From positions 180,320 to 244,319 of the forward strand of contig NW_003314408.1 in assembly GCF_000143415.4 (NCBI RefSeq): a stretch of DNA of 64,000 nucleotides. Reading direction: 5' to 3'. Positions 22,761-35,108 of this stretch are shown piece after piece. The position numbers and the translations under genes were made by a program. How positions within the stretch are numbered: the first letter of the stretch is position 1; each line of letters begins with the position of its first letter. This stretch comes from Selaginella moellendorffii (Eukaryota > Plantae > Lycopodiophyta). The notes below the pieces were generated by a model, which was not told the DNA's origin, did not search any database, and saw only the letters and a program-made list of their open reading frames with translations.

Positions 22761-24160
22761 TTATAATTTCTGGACGATATGCTTCATGGTCTCACAGATT
22801 TCTCGAGCAACTTGCACATCTTTGGTACTATCTATCAATTCCCTTTGCCTAGCCATCCATCCTGTGAGTTTTTCAATCTCCTTGCGAGCGGTGGCTTTGA
22901 TGTCGTCTATTGTCTCTCGATGTGCTTCGATCTGTCCAGAAAGAAAAAGAAAAAGCTCGTGAGTTTCATGGCGCACCTGCTCTTTAAGAGAATGCAAAGC
23001 ATCCATCTTATTTAGATCACAGTGTTAAGTGCCAGAGAAAGAGCTTTGCAAACGAGAAATATTACCTGAGTTTGAGCTGTGTTGCGGTGGTGACTAATAC
23101 CATCCTATAGAATTGACAATAGGTTCGCCGACAATGAATAAGTAGACAATAGTCAAATAGCTCACCTTGATGTTCATGAGGATCTCCACGATCGAATCGC
23201 GAGCGGCAAAAGCATTTCCATCCATCTGAGAGGATCATGTCAAAACTGAGCGCTATAAGAGATTATAGCTTGTTACCTCGTCATCTTCGGCTTCTGAAAT
23301 GGAGTTTCGCCGATCATCCTCGTGCTCATCCTGTTGATCATGAGGACGATTCGGAAACACAACGAAGAAATCATTTGCGACACCTTACCTCATGCTCGTC
23401 TTCTTCGGAAGAGTTATACTCGTTCACATCCTCGTCTTCTTCGTTGTAGCTCTCCACTTCCGCCTTAAGAGCCTCGAGCCTCGCGATTCGAGCCTGGTGC
23501 GATGGCCGGCCTCCAGCTTGTGGCCGATACGTTTCCTACAATGCGGGAGCTCATATAAACTCGCAAAGCAAAGCGTACAAAGAAGAACGAAATCTAGCTA
23601 GAACTTCCGACTCACCAAAGGATGCTCCTCCCTCATGGCGTTCATCTTCCGTACGAGAAGCTTGTCCACCCTCCGGATCCAGTGCTCGCGCGAGAAGTTG
23701 CCGCTGGGATCCCACACCCGGATGTAGTCCTTTTTCAAGTTCGCTCGCGCGTTCTGGAGCTGGGTCTTCCACTTGAAGCGCAGCGAGTCCTTGACCTCGT
23801 TGTAGCGCTGCTTCTTGAGCGCGTAGTACGTGCCGTGCGGGACGCCCTTGCGGGATTTGAAGCCCTTGGGCAGCTGCGACACGGGCGGGAGCTTGTGCCT
23901 CTCACACCGGTGCTCGTTAAACGAGCGCAGATTTCCATACCTCCGGTTGCATTTCCCCGCGCAGCACTCGAACTTCCTCTCCGCTCTGCGCCACGTCTCG
24001 CCGCCATCGTCAGAGACCTCTACTTGTTCTTGACAACGAGCGAAAGTTAGATCGAAACAAGCCCCAAGACTCGCAATTTACCATGGCTGCAAACCCTGCG
24101 CCTCTTTCTCCCCCATTGCTCGTCAGCTCTTCCTCTTTGCGGTCGTCCCTCTAGAGCCAT
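22761..24160 (-). CDS. Uncharacterised nuclear protein: NLS, C2H2 zinc finger, acidic tract, coiled coil (multi-exon)
   Basis: Spliced reading: MALEGRPQRGRADEQWGRKRRRVCSH / EQVEVSDDGGETWRRAERKFECCAGKCNRRYGNLRSFNEHRCERH ... / EEDEDVNEYNSSEEDEHE / small exons / IEAHRETIDDIKATARKEIEKL. GT-AG phases are consistent. Confidence 0.7.
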
Positions 24161-24721
24161 TGTGCAACCTATTGTCTAAACCCTAATTTCCATTAATTTT
24201 TCTTTCACCGACCCGTGTTAAAAATGGACTTTTACTTTGACGTTAAACCCTTCGTCGTCGATAGTGGCCTTGACCCCGCCACGGTAACAACAAAGAGACA
24301 AAGCACTGGGATCGTGTCAAGACAAACCAACCGTACGATTTGATTCGTCACTCAACCCCCAGTGGAATGTCCACCCTGAGTATATTAAAACAAAGAAAAG
24401 GTGGTGGCCCTTCTAAAGAAGCTTAGACCTTCGTCCCGGTTGGCCAGGAAGGGATATGTGTGTTTATGCAAACCCCACCAGCAACAACAAGGCACCACCG
24501 CCACCTTTTTCCGTCAACCATCGTCCCATCTTTTCTTTAAATAATACCTTTAATATGTTTTTTCTTTTGTTTGTTGGGGTAGCATTGGCCACCAACCGGC
24601 TTTGCAACTAGCGTACCTCGCCAAAGAAAAAGAAGAGTCGTGGGGGTTAACTAAGCACCTCTTCTTAATTGGAATGCCAATGCGCTAAATTCTCGCCCTA
24701 TAAATTGTAAGTTCTTGGTGG

Positions 24722-24748
24722 GAGAGAGAGAGAGAGAGGAGAGAGAGG
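24722..24748. repeat. (GA)n tract in the GRAS 5' leader, downstream of a TATAAA at about 24698
   Basis: Direct reading. Confidence 0.7.
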
Positions 24749-24985
24749 GCCGGCGCGAGGAGCTTCCTGGCTATGGCGGCTGCTGTCGTCTTCGTCCCCG
24801 GTGGCGCTCCATCTGGTGATGATCGGCGCGCCAAGGCGGAACCGTGTAAGTGATCGATCTTGTCGCGCTCTTCTTTCTCCCGGAGGGAGGGGAGAGGTTT
24901 CTAGGTTGCGCCGGCGCGACGAGGCTTTGATCTCGCCGACATACCCGGGGCTGGGAGCAAGAAATCCGCGCCTCCCAGCCGGAAG

Positions 24986-26518
24986 ATGCCAGGAATGATC
25001 AAGGCGGAGAGCGCATCACCGTCGGAGGCCTCGATTTCTCACTCTCTGCTGTCACTGCAATCCTCCTCTCCGCCCGCCGCCACCGCCACCGCCACTGCCA
25101 CCGCCACCGCGCCGCCACCGCCGCCATCGTCGGAGGAGCGCGGCCTCCGCCTCATCCACCTCCTCTACCTCTGCGCCAATGCGGTGGCCAGCAACGATCT
25201 CCAGCACGCCAATCTCTTCATGGAGCAGCTATCGGGCCTGGCGTCGCTCACCGGCGATCCAATGCAGCGCGTGGCAACCTATTTCCTCGAGGGGCTGGCT
25301 GCGCGGGTCACCAAGTCCTGGCCCGGCCTCTACAAGGCGCTCTACTCCACCCGGCTCTCCTCGGACTCGGACATAGCGGCGGCCCGGCACATCCTCTTCT
25401 CGGTCTCGCCGTACCTCAAGTTCGGCTACCTCACGGCAAACCAGGCCATCCTGGACGCGATGCAAGGCGAGAAGGTGGTACACGTCGTGGACTTGGAGGT
25501 GGGCGGTGGCAATAGTGTTCTCCAGTGGCTGGCGCTCTTACAGGCATTTAGTAGCCGTCCGGAGGGTCCTCCACACTTGCGGATCACTGCGGTGAACGAG
25601 AAGCGCGAGGTGCTGGCGCTCATGGGCCAGAAGCTCGCCGAGAGCGCGGAGCGGCTGGACATCCCTTTCCAGTTCCACCCGGTGGCGGTGACCCCGGCGG
25701 CGCTCGAGCGCGACATGCTGGGCGTCAAGAGCGGCGAGGCAGTGGCTGTGACGTCGCTCATGCAGCTCCATTCGCTCCTGGCCGACGAGAAGGAGGATGG
25801 CAAAGTCCGGGGTGGTGATGGTGGCGGTACTGCAAGTTTTGGCCTGGCGCTCAGGGAGAGGAGCAAGAGCGAGCCGGGGTTTGTGAGCTGTAAGATGGAG
25901 GAGCTCAAGGAGAGCAAGAGCGGGTGCAAGCGGAGCCGGGATGCGCTGGGAACAGGTTTCAATGGCATCGAGATGAATGGTCACGACGACTCGGGGCTAG
26001 AGCTGGGAATCGGGGTGTTTCCAGTGGCTCCCAAGGAAGCAAAGGCGGGAACGAGCAGCACAATCAGCCGTGTGTTGCAGCTCCTCCACAGCTTGAGTCC
26101 CAAGATCATGGTGGTGGTTGAACAGGAGTCGAATCACAATGGTGCTCTACACGAGAGGTTTGCTCCGGCGCTGCATTACTACTCGGCAATCTTCGATTCC
26201 CTGGACTCGACGCTCCCGCAGCACAGCAGCGAGAGGATCACCGTGGAGAGGCTCATCTTCGGGCAGGAGATCAGGAACATCGTGGCTTGCGAGGGCCTGG
26301 AACGGATGGAAAGGCACGAAACACTATCGAGCTGGAAGAGGCGATTCGAGCAAGCACACTTCTCGTCGTCTCACCTGAGCCCGACAACCGCCGTGCAAGC
26401 GGAGCGACTGCTGACAATACATTCGCCTGACGGATACAAGCTACACCGCGAAAAAGGTTCTTTAATTCTTTGCTGGCAAGACACTCCAATGCTTTCGGTG
26501 TCTGCTTGGAAAGCTTGA
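24986..26518 (+). CDS. GRAS transcription factor, SCL3-like
   Basis: EERGLRLIHLL (LHRI), VHVVD, PEGPPHLRIT, IRNIVACEG, terminal SAW. Intronless. Confidence 0.93.
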   Translation: MPGMIKAESASPSEASISHSLLSLQSSSPPAATATATATATAPPPPPSSEERGLRLIHLLYLCANAVASNDLQHANLFMEQLSGLASLTGDPMQRVATYFLEGLAARVTKSWPGLYKALYSTRLSSDSDIAAARHILFSVSPYLKFGYLTANQAILDAMQGEKVVHVVDLEVGGGNSVLQWLALLQAFSSRPEGPPHLRITAVNEKREVLALMGQKLAESAERLDIPFQFHPVAVTPAALERDMLGVKSGEAVAVTSLMQLHSLLADEKEDGKVRGGDGGGTASFGLALRERSKSEPGFVSCKMEELKESKSGCKRSRDALGTGFNGIEMNGHDDSGLELGIGVFPVAPKEAKAGTSSTISRVLQLLHSLSPKIMVVVEQESNHNGALHERFAPALHYYSAIFDSLDSTLPQHSSERITVERLIFGQEIRNIVACEGLERMERHETLSSWKRRFEQAHFSSSHLSPTTAVQAERLLTIHSPDGYKLHREKGSLILCWQDTPMLSVSAWKA

Positions 26519-28216
26519 CTTCCTAATGCTTGCTCTTCTCTCTTTCTCGTTTTCTTTTCTTTTTTCTTTTTTTTTCTGGAATTTTTGTTCGTCTTCTTGA
26601 TTCCCTGGCTGGCTATTGAGTGTCGTTACTCACATGGCATTGCAGCATTCCATTCCAGCGCTTGTTTGCCTGCGTTTGATTCTACCTCCTAGGTAGTTTG
26701 TACATTAACAAGACGATGCATTTCAGCTAGCTGGCTGTTGTGCAAGACAGGAAAAAAACGAAAAAACAAAGAACGCATACTGAGTGCAATGATGGATCTC
26801 ATCAGGGTGGGAGTGAGCTTGTTTTGTTCCGTAAACAAATCTCACTCCCCTTGCTTATGTATGTACAGACAGGTCTAGTTGTATTGTAATCCAAAGCAAC
26901 CTTTTGTTTTTGTTCCAGAGTATCGTTATCTCGTGTTCTTTTGGAGTGGTAGTGCTGAGCGCAAGATCTTTTTGTTCGCGCGATTGATTCCCTGACGAAG
27001 ATAAGTAAGACACTCCACTCAAACCTCTCGAGAATGCGTCGAATCTGCTTTTGCTTTTTAACACCATTTTCCGATATCAGGCCAAAGCTAGGCGACAAGG
27101 AGCAGTGTCATCTAGCACTAAGACGTGTGCCGCAGAGAGACAAATGCGCTATATACCCGAGTCCACTTCCCAACGAGGTACCATGCGTACAGCTTATTAG
27201 TGAGCTTTTGTCATGAAGCTCACTGGCCTCTTGTGCAGGACCTCATCTCCCTCCATCCTTCCTCTTTTGTTGAAGGGGAGTTGTCTGAAGCGATTACCCT
27301 GACTTGATGGATTTGGATGGACAACGGAGGAGAGTGATGCGTGATGTGCGTCCCGAGGGAAACCAATCACGTAAGTGAGTCTTGGAGGTGCTCTCGTCTT
27401 TATGCAATTAGGTGGAGACAAAGTGACACCACTGCAAATTCAGTTGACTTGCTTAGTAGAATACTGAAACAAGGCTTTTTCGCTTTTGTCTATTCAGGCT
27501 TGAAGTGAAAGCAATAAGAAAGTGTCTTGGCGTCGGCAAAGGTAGCAAGTTCTCCGTTCTGGCGCTGATTTTGCTCTGCTAATTGTTACCGCTCTCGGCT
27601 CACTGCGTGACCAGCTGCAGGAAGATTTGTCAAACGAGCGCAGAGAGGTTATTGGACGATGACTTATCAACAGAAGTGAACACAAGCAGACACGTATTAT
27701 TTGCATCGCTTTTGCAGAAGTTTGGCCCTTTGGGCACTAACTGCACGTCAGTTAGGACCCCTGGCAGGATCGGGCAGCAGCAACAGGCAGCCGATGGATG
27801 CATGCAGCCAGAAGCCAGCAGGCAGCGCAGCGGTAGCAGCCTTGTGGCCTCATGATATATGTTGCCACTTCAATTATCAAACTGAAAGCAGCAACCGACC
27901 AAGCTCGTAGCAGAAAGCAGCAGAGAGGTTGCAGGATCCGTCCGAAAGCAGTGAAACTGATGGGTGGATAATGCGGGAAGAACGAGACGACTTTTTTGAC
28001 GAAGGCGGATTCTGCTTTGCCATTTTGGTTCACATGCATTCAAGTGCTGCTTGAATTCGAGGCCCTCTCCTGGCTGGCGACTTTATTGCACTTCGTCGGC
28101 TCCGGGAGAGTTCCTTGTAAATTTAAGAACAACACCGACACATACCCAGGGGTTATTTTACATGCCAGCAGCAGCAACTTTGCTCGAGAAGCGCGGCAGT
28201 CACTTTACTTTTAAAG

Positions 28217-30597
28217 TTACTCAAAGAAACTTTCCATAAACTCAGGATATACATCTCCTGAAGTTGGTGCTGGTGGTGGTGGCGCTCTTCTTGGGAGGTC
28301 CAGGCAGCTCTCCTTGAGATTCTCCCAAGTCGAAGTGGCTGCTGGAATATGTAGCGGGCGCTGCTCCGTCTGGCTGTGCTTGACGTTGCCATGGTTGCTT
28401 TCGCCGCCATTATTAGTGACAAGCATGGCTGAAGAGTGATCACCAGCAAGGCAAGCATTAGCATTGTTATTATTCATCGAGTGGTAATTATCCTTGCTCG
28501 CAGGCGTGCCGGGACGACTTCGTGGGAAATGCGAGTGCTGCTGTGGAGCAGCAGTAGCAGCGGCACTAGCAGTGGTAGCAGGAGCTTCTGAGGTTAAAGG
28601 CTTCGGTGCGCCAGATTGACTGCCAGGGATGGTGGTACCACTACCGTACTGCTGCTGCTGCTGCTGAGACTGTTCTGCTGCCAGTTTGGAAAGGCGGACA
28701 GAAAGTGGAGAGCTGCAAGCGCTGCTGTTGCCTCTAGCGGCTCTCTCCAGTGCGTCCTGAAGAGCGGCTTGGATCACGCTGCTGCTGCTACTGCCATTTC
28801 CAGTCTTTTGAAGTTTGTTACTACCGCCTGGACTGATCATGGGACTTACCATTGGAGAGTTGTGCGAGGCGGATGATATAACCGGGGGGATCTGAACCAT
28901 GAGACTCGTATCGTGCTCGTGACGTGGCGCATGGAAGGCAAAGCTGTTATTGCTGCTACCGGTTTGGAGGAGTTCCTGAAAGCTGGGGGACGGACTGTTT
29001 GTGGTGGCGACCGTGGTGGCAACCTTAGTGTTCTGGTACTGCATTCTTCTGGCCAGAAGGTTACCTCTCGGAGATGTTGCTACGTCGCCACCTGTCGAAC
29101 CAGCGGGTCTCTTCATTCCTGCGAATGCCTGACCGGTTCCTGCTGCTACGACGGTATCTCCGTCCTGGTCGACAACAGTACCATTTCGAAAGTCGAAAGT
29201 GCTGGTGCCGTTTTGGAGTGACAACCTCAGGGAAGCTATGCTGGGATCGTCACTTGCAGCAGGCTGAATCACTGGATCGCATGCGACGCCAAGTCTGAGC
29301 CGGAAGTCAGACGAAGCAGCAGGCGTGTGAAAGAAGGCGGCTTGATTGTTCTGCCATCCGGGAGAAGGAAGAACCGACGCTGGTGCTGCTGCTCCAGTCG
29401 GGGACCCGCAGAAGAACCGGTTCCTCATGGGAGCAAACGTCTGGGAGAGAAATCCTCCTCCGGCCTGGTTCTCCAGCGACTCAAATGTGTATCTCATCCG
29501 TAGCACGAAGTGGAGGTCCTCGGCAACCTGTGGCTCATGGTACGTGAAAACTCAAGTTTTTAAAATGCCGTGCAATGGAGAGCTGAGATACTCACGATCT
29601 TGCAGGATCCTAGTTGGAGAAGTCCGTGCCCAGCTTGAATCACAGCTATGGTCTGCGAGATGGTATACAAGGTTCTTAGAGCCCGTGAAGAAAGAGAATT
29701 CCGGATAGCTACCTGAATGCCAGCCGAGAATTGGTCCATCCATTCGGGTGGATGCTGCGAAGGGGGAGGAGCTTACAATAAAACCCGAGAAGAAACGTTT
29801 GAAGAGGAGGATTTTACCGAATCGAAGGAGCTTTGCCAGTAGTTGAGCGGGCCGACCTCCGTCTCGGAAGACTCCCGGAACACCCACTTGTGGCATTTGT
29901 CTGAGGCAACTTTTCCCATCAATCTGTGCAACAAGATGAGTCCTCACAGCTGGAAGGCGGAGTCTTTTCAAGTACGCACCCTTCTCCATAGTTGTAGAGC
30001 TGGATTGACATCTTTCTGAACGCTTTCCTTACAGGGTCCTCCTCCTCCACATCGTCTCCCAGATTGAAGCCGCTGTGAACCCGGTGAATGCTGCCGGCGA
30101 GTGGTGGAGTGGTGGTGGTGGTCACCTCGTTCTTGTTGTCAGCGGCTGCGTCGCCGGAGCAGCAGCCTGCTGGACGGCAGTATCCGTCCTCCCACATGAG
30201 CATCCTGGAAGACACGAGAAGAGACACGAAGAAAGACCGTAAGGCTTGCAAAGTTCGTTCTTTTCTCTTTTGGTGAGGCTGATATGTGGAAGTGGAACTT
30301 ACAGGCTCCCTTCGTCCCCGGCTTTGCATCCAAGTCCGCCTCGCAACCTCCTGGAGATGAAAGCCAGATGAATCAGAGCAAGCAACGTAGCAATGCAGTG
30401 AAACAACGAGGAGAAGAGAGAGAGCGAGAGAGAGAGTGAGAGAGAGAAGGGGGCTTAAGGTGAGCTGCTTCTTACGGTCGGGGACGGATGGTCCAGAAGA
30501 CAGAGTAAGTCCAATCTGAGCTGATACACACATTCCGCAGCGCTTCGTGCAGCGCCATGACTGCCATCACTTCCCGGCTCCTCTCCACGACACCCAT
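28217..30597 (-). CDS. bHLH-MYC N-terminal domain protein (RICE SALT SENSITIVE 3-like, no bHLH visible), multi-exon
   Basis: Exons encode LHEALRNVCISSDWTYSVFWTIRPRP, MLMWEDGYC, FRKMSIQLYNYGEG, GKVASDKCHKWVF and TIAVIQAGHGLLQLGSCKI, followed by a long low-complexity C-terminus. Confidence 0.85.
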
Positions 30598-32008
30598 CGT
30601 TAAGTGTATCTCTTCCTTTCCTTCAACTAAAAACTAACGCAGCGCCCTCTTTTCCAGACTCGCACCATGGAGCGCCGAAGAATCTCATAGATTTTCCTGC
30701 ACGGTAAACTCTCTTCCCGTCCCTCTTTCATCGTGCCGCATTGTGTGTTGCGGGGATTTCAGAGGGAGGGAGAGAGAGCGAGAGATCAGCCATATTTTAT
30801 GTGTGAGAGTGTTGTGTTCATTGTTGATTCACACACACATCTTTCCCCTTTTACTTCCTAGAGTAGCGAGCGCCCTTCTTCTTCTTCCTCCTCTTGTTTC
30901 TCCTTCCACAAAAACAAGTCCGCCTGGTTTCGCTGTTGGATGATCATTGGTATGCTTGTTTTCTAGTCAATTGAGCTGCTGGCTGGCGCGCTGGCCGACT
31001 GCTGCGCACATAGTTACAAAGCGGTATTCTTTCATTTCTTTTTGATTCTCCTTGCTTTTTCTTTTTAACTGAACCTTGCTGTGATCTTGATCTATTCTAT
31101 ATAGGCACTAAAGCGGGCTAGGAGACTAGCAAAGTGCCACACGCACGTCCCTCTCAGCGCTCTCAATGGCTGGAAATGGCGGCTACGTTGCCAACCAACA
31201 ATGGCAAGTAAGTTCTCTTCCTTCTCCCTTTCGTTCTTAGCAGTGGGGCTGAACTTCTAAACCTACATTACAGGGGACGCATGCACACGTTCAATCGGTT
31301 TTTCTTACTATAAAAGCTGTGGAGCAAACAGTTTGCCGGTATAAATGTTGGATGGGTGGATGCATGGATGAATTGATTGATTTGAGTTTGATGTGGTGTT
31401 CCTCGCTTGCTGCTTACAATGGCTTGGCTCGAGCATGGTCCGTTCATCCAGTTTCCATCCAATCAATCAAATCAAGGTACCCCTCTGCAAGAACGTTATG
31501 GGGGTAGAGGACTATCTAGACAAGCATGAAAAAGAATGGGTTTCTCAGATAATCTATGTGCGATGTTCTGTGGTCGATTCGTCCGGGATGAGAGGTACAC
31601 ACAAGCACGCGGGCTTCGGATGGATCTCTCTGCTTTGGGGAGGAAGAACATGAGAGTTGTATACATATGTATGGGATTGAATGAATGCCCTTACGCTCTC
31701 TGGATCGGTGCCGTGCAGCAGGGTCTAGCAGCTCAGCAAATGTTACACCACCAACAACAGAAAACAAAAGCAAAAAAAATAAGGAAAAAATCGTGAGTCG
31801 TATGCGACTGAAAAGAGGAACACGCGCGCAGGAGGGGAGAGAAATCCTCTAGTTTATGCACTGCAGTGCCCGCCGGCCGAGTCTTTCGCTTGAGTAAGTT
31901 GGAAGCTCCAAGCACGAGAAACATCGAGGCGAGAGCAAAGCACAAGCAATGGTGGGGCGGGGGGGGAGGAAATCATAAAATATTCACTCCAGGGGACGAG
32001 TGAGTGAC

Positions 32009-32033
32009 TGAGAGAGAGAGAGAGAGAGAGAGA
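32009..32033. repeat. (GA)n microsatellite
   Basis: Direct reading. Confidence 0.8.
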
Positions 32034-33320
32034 CAACAAAAAAAAAGAACAAAGAAAAGAATCGCAACGATGGAAGAACACCTCTCGTACGGGCGCGATC
32101 AAGAGAAGTTTCTTTATGAAAGCTTCGGCGAATTGCGAGAGTGTTTTGTTCGGATTTCATTATGGTGGAGAGGAGACTCATGATCCAGATCTGAACGCAG
32201 CAGCAGCTGCCAGCCGGGCAGAGATGGAGTTTTGCTTTCGTTTTTCTTTGCATTTTTTGTATCTGTGAGTCTGGAGCTCGATTTGGAAGCAAAAAAACTA
32301 ATTTCTTGACGTCTCGCTTTCATGCGCGTCTCCGTTCCTGGAGCAACGGCGATTTTACAGATCCATCCCATTTTGAGGAACGATTGATCCCCGGGCCAGT
32401 GATCAAAAGCAGTAAAAACTAAGCATTTTTCACGTCGATCTTTCACATGGGCTGCTCCTGCAAAAGGAATTGAATAGAAAGCTCAGACAAATTGGAGAAA
32501 AGCGAAAAAAGATCAGAAAAGTCCTTGCTCATCTCTGTGATTTTCGCTGTTCATTGATTATACTGCAGCGTACCTTGAGAATCTGGCAACAGTAGTTTGA
32601 TGATTCGGTCTCGCTCCATCAGTCAGAATGTAGACAACTCGTGAAGTCCCTCTCATCAGTCGCCAGGAATCCAAAGAAAAGATACAACGAGTAAAACACT
32701 AAAGAAAAGCTTAGAACAGCAAAGACGAAGGAAGAAGAAGATGAAAATTATGGATGGAGTACTTACGCTTTTATTTTCACTCTCCTCCAAGCTGTGCGCG
32801 CTGCTGCCACGATGGAAACATCCAAGTTAGGAGGTATGGTGGAAATCTCCTTTACTTTTTTATACTTTCTGGTCATTCCGTGAACGGTGCGGAAACATTG
32901 ACAAAACGCAACGCAAACTTTGACTGGGGCGATCCTGTGGACGAAGCATCATTTCTATGGAGGAAAACAAGGAAAGCCCAACCATTTCTCTGGCGAAACA
33001 AGACACAGAATGTACAAACTTGCCCAGCACGAAGTTCACGGGGTTGATTGAATCGCCCTTTCGACATCCAGCCAGCGATCCCTGTTGCTTCTTCTATTCC
33101 TGTGACACGGACCAACGAGGAACATTAAGTCCAGAGAAGAAAAGCTTTTCTTTCTTTTTTTTCTTGGCATGTGTACCGTGCTTGAGCGGGATATCTTACA
33201 AAAAGTATGAGATCCAGAAAACCAACTTTTTTGGTTATGAAAGCTGGAAGATATAGATGTCTTGTGCGATCCGGAAAAACCAAAAAGAAAATGTGATTGC
33301 TTGGAAATCTTTGATCAGTG

Positions 33321-35108
33321 ATGATCCTGCAAGCATCAGCGCTCACCCAGCTGCTCAAATCCACCACCACTTTGCAGGAGCTGCGATCCCTCCACCGCAA
33401 AATCGGTGCCGAGCTCTCCACTGACAGGTTTGTGAATCACGTCCTCATCGACATGTATGGCAAACTCGGCAGCCTCGACGACGCCGAGTCCGTCTTCCAA
33501 GCCATCCCCTCTCGAAACATCTACTCGTGGAACTTCCTCCTCCTGGCATATACCCACAACGGGCATCTCCACAAGGCAAAGGTGGCGCTAGAGGCAATGC
33601 CACACAGGAACGCAGTGTCGTGGACCACGGCCATGGCATTCTTCTCTTCCTCCGGAAGCCACCACCTTTCCAAGCTCGTTTTCGACGACATCCCAGAGCG
33701 AGACCTCGTCTCGTGGAACGTTTTCCTCAACGGGTATGCCGCCGGCGGGCATACGCAGGGATCGCTCGATACGTTCCACCGGATGCCTCAGTGGAGCGTC
33801 GTGTCATGGACGACGCTGGTCACGTCCTTCTTGCAGAATCCAAGCTCCCACACCGAAGCAAGATCGCTGTTTGATCAAGCTCCAGAGAGAAACTCTGTGC
33901 TGTGGAATGCGGTGGTGGGAACGTATGCCCACTCGGGGCATATCGTCGAAGCCAAGGCGCTCTTCGATCGAATGCCGCTGCACGATCTTGTCTCGTGGAA
34001 CTCGCTGCTGGTGGGATACAAGGAAGAGGACGATCGCGAGCGAGCAGTGGACTTGTTTCGATCCATGCCGGAGAGGAACGTCATGTCCTGGAACACGATG
34101 ATCGCGCTAGATCCACTCCAGGGGAAGGAGTTTTTCGCGAGGATGGCGATGTGGAGCCTGGCGTCGTGCTCGGCGATCCTCCAAGCATACGCCGCGCATG
34201 GAGAGATGCGCGAGGCCAGGGACTTCTTCGATGCGATGCCGCAGAGAGACGCCCTGGCGTGGACGTGCTTGATCTCTGGCTATGCCTGGCTGGGGCATAG
34301 CACCGCCGCAAAGAACACGCTGGATCGAATGCCCGCCTGGGACGTCGTCTCGTGCACGGCGATGATCCACGGGCACGTCCTCGCGCTGGATCACGCCGCG
34401 GCTAAAGAGATCTTCGATTCCATGCCCGAGAGGAACGCGCTCAGCTGGAACACGCTGCTCCAATCCGCCGCGCAGCACTCCAGCTCCTCCTGTCGATCAA
34501 TCGCCGGGCGGATGCCCTGCCACAACGCAGTGTCGTGGAGCATCCAGCTCGCGTCACTCGCCCAGCGCGGCGCGATCGATGCGACGAGGCATGAATTCAA
34601 TTCCTTGGTAGAGGGCGATCCAGTGTCGTGGACTGTGATGATCCAGGGGTATGCCCAAAGCGGGCATCCACAGGTAGCGCTGGATCTCTTTGGGCGGATG
34701 TGCGTCGAGGGGATCGAGGCGACGGACGTGACATTCGTGGCGGTGCTCACGGCGTGCGCGCACGCCGGGATGATCGAGCAGGGCGTGGCCATCGCGTCGC
34801 GGGCGGAGATCGATTTTGGGGTCAGGATTGGGATCCAGCACTACCACTGCCTGGTCGATCTTCTGGGAAGAGCGCATCACCTGGATCGCGCGGAGGAGCT
34901 CGTGGAGACGATGCCCTTTGTGCCGGATGCGTATAGCTGGACGACGCTGCTGGCGGCGTGCTCGATCCATGGAAGATCTGGCGATAACGCCGCGAGGAGA
35001 GCAGTGGCGTGCGATCCGGGCCATGGAGCTCCATACGTCATCCTCTCCAATTGCTACTCGAGCTCACGAGGAGGAGGAAGAACAGCAAGGAAATCAAGAC
35101 CGTCGTGA
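33321..35108 (+). CDS. PLS-class PPR protein with E-type extension
   Basis: LIDMYGKLGS, 31-aa repeats, HYHCLVDLLGRA, APYVILSN. ATG at 33321. Confidence 0.9.
   Translation: MILQASALTQLLKSTTTLQELRSLHRKIGAELSTDRFVNHVLIDMYGKLGSLDDAESVFQAIPSRNIYSWNFLLLAYTHNGHLHKAKVALEAMPHRNAVSWTTAMAFFSSSGSHHLSKLVFDDIPERDLVSWNVFLNGYAAGGHTQGSLDTFHRMPQWSVVSWTTLVTSFLQNPSSHTEARSLFDQAPERNSVLWNAVVGTYAHSGHIVEAKALFDRMPLHDLVSWNSLLVGYKEEDDRERAVDLFRSMPERNVMSWNTMIALDPLQGKEFFARMAMWSLASCSAILQAYAAHGEMREARDFFDAMPQRDALAWTCLISGYAWLGHSTAAKNTLDRMPAWDVVSCTAMIHGHVLALDHAAAKEIFDSMPERNALSWNTLLQSAAQHSSSSCRSIAGRMPCHNAVSWSIQLASLAQRGAIDATRHEFNSLVEGDPVSWTVMIQGYAQSGHPQVALDLFGRMCVEGIEATDVTFVAVLTACAHAGMIEQGVAIASRAEIDFGVRIGIQHYHCLVDLLGRAHHLDRAEELVETMPFVPDAYSWTTLLAACSIHGRSGDNAARRAVACDPGHGAPYVILSNCYSSSRGGGRTARKSRPS

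Noticed and set aside
32114-32323. CLE-like peptide (SPLHHN) in a short minus-strand ORF
   Set aside because: No signal peptide, the motif lacks the RxxPxGP core, and it is not C-terminal.
32590-32665. C/D-box snoRNA candidate (TGATGA...CTGA)
   Set aside because: Box spacing is too short and there is no terminal stem or recognisable rRNA guide.
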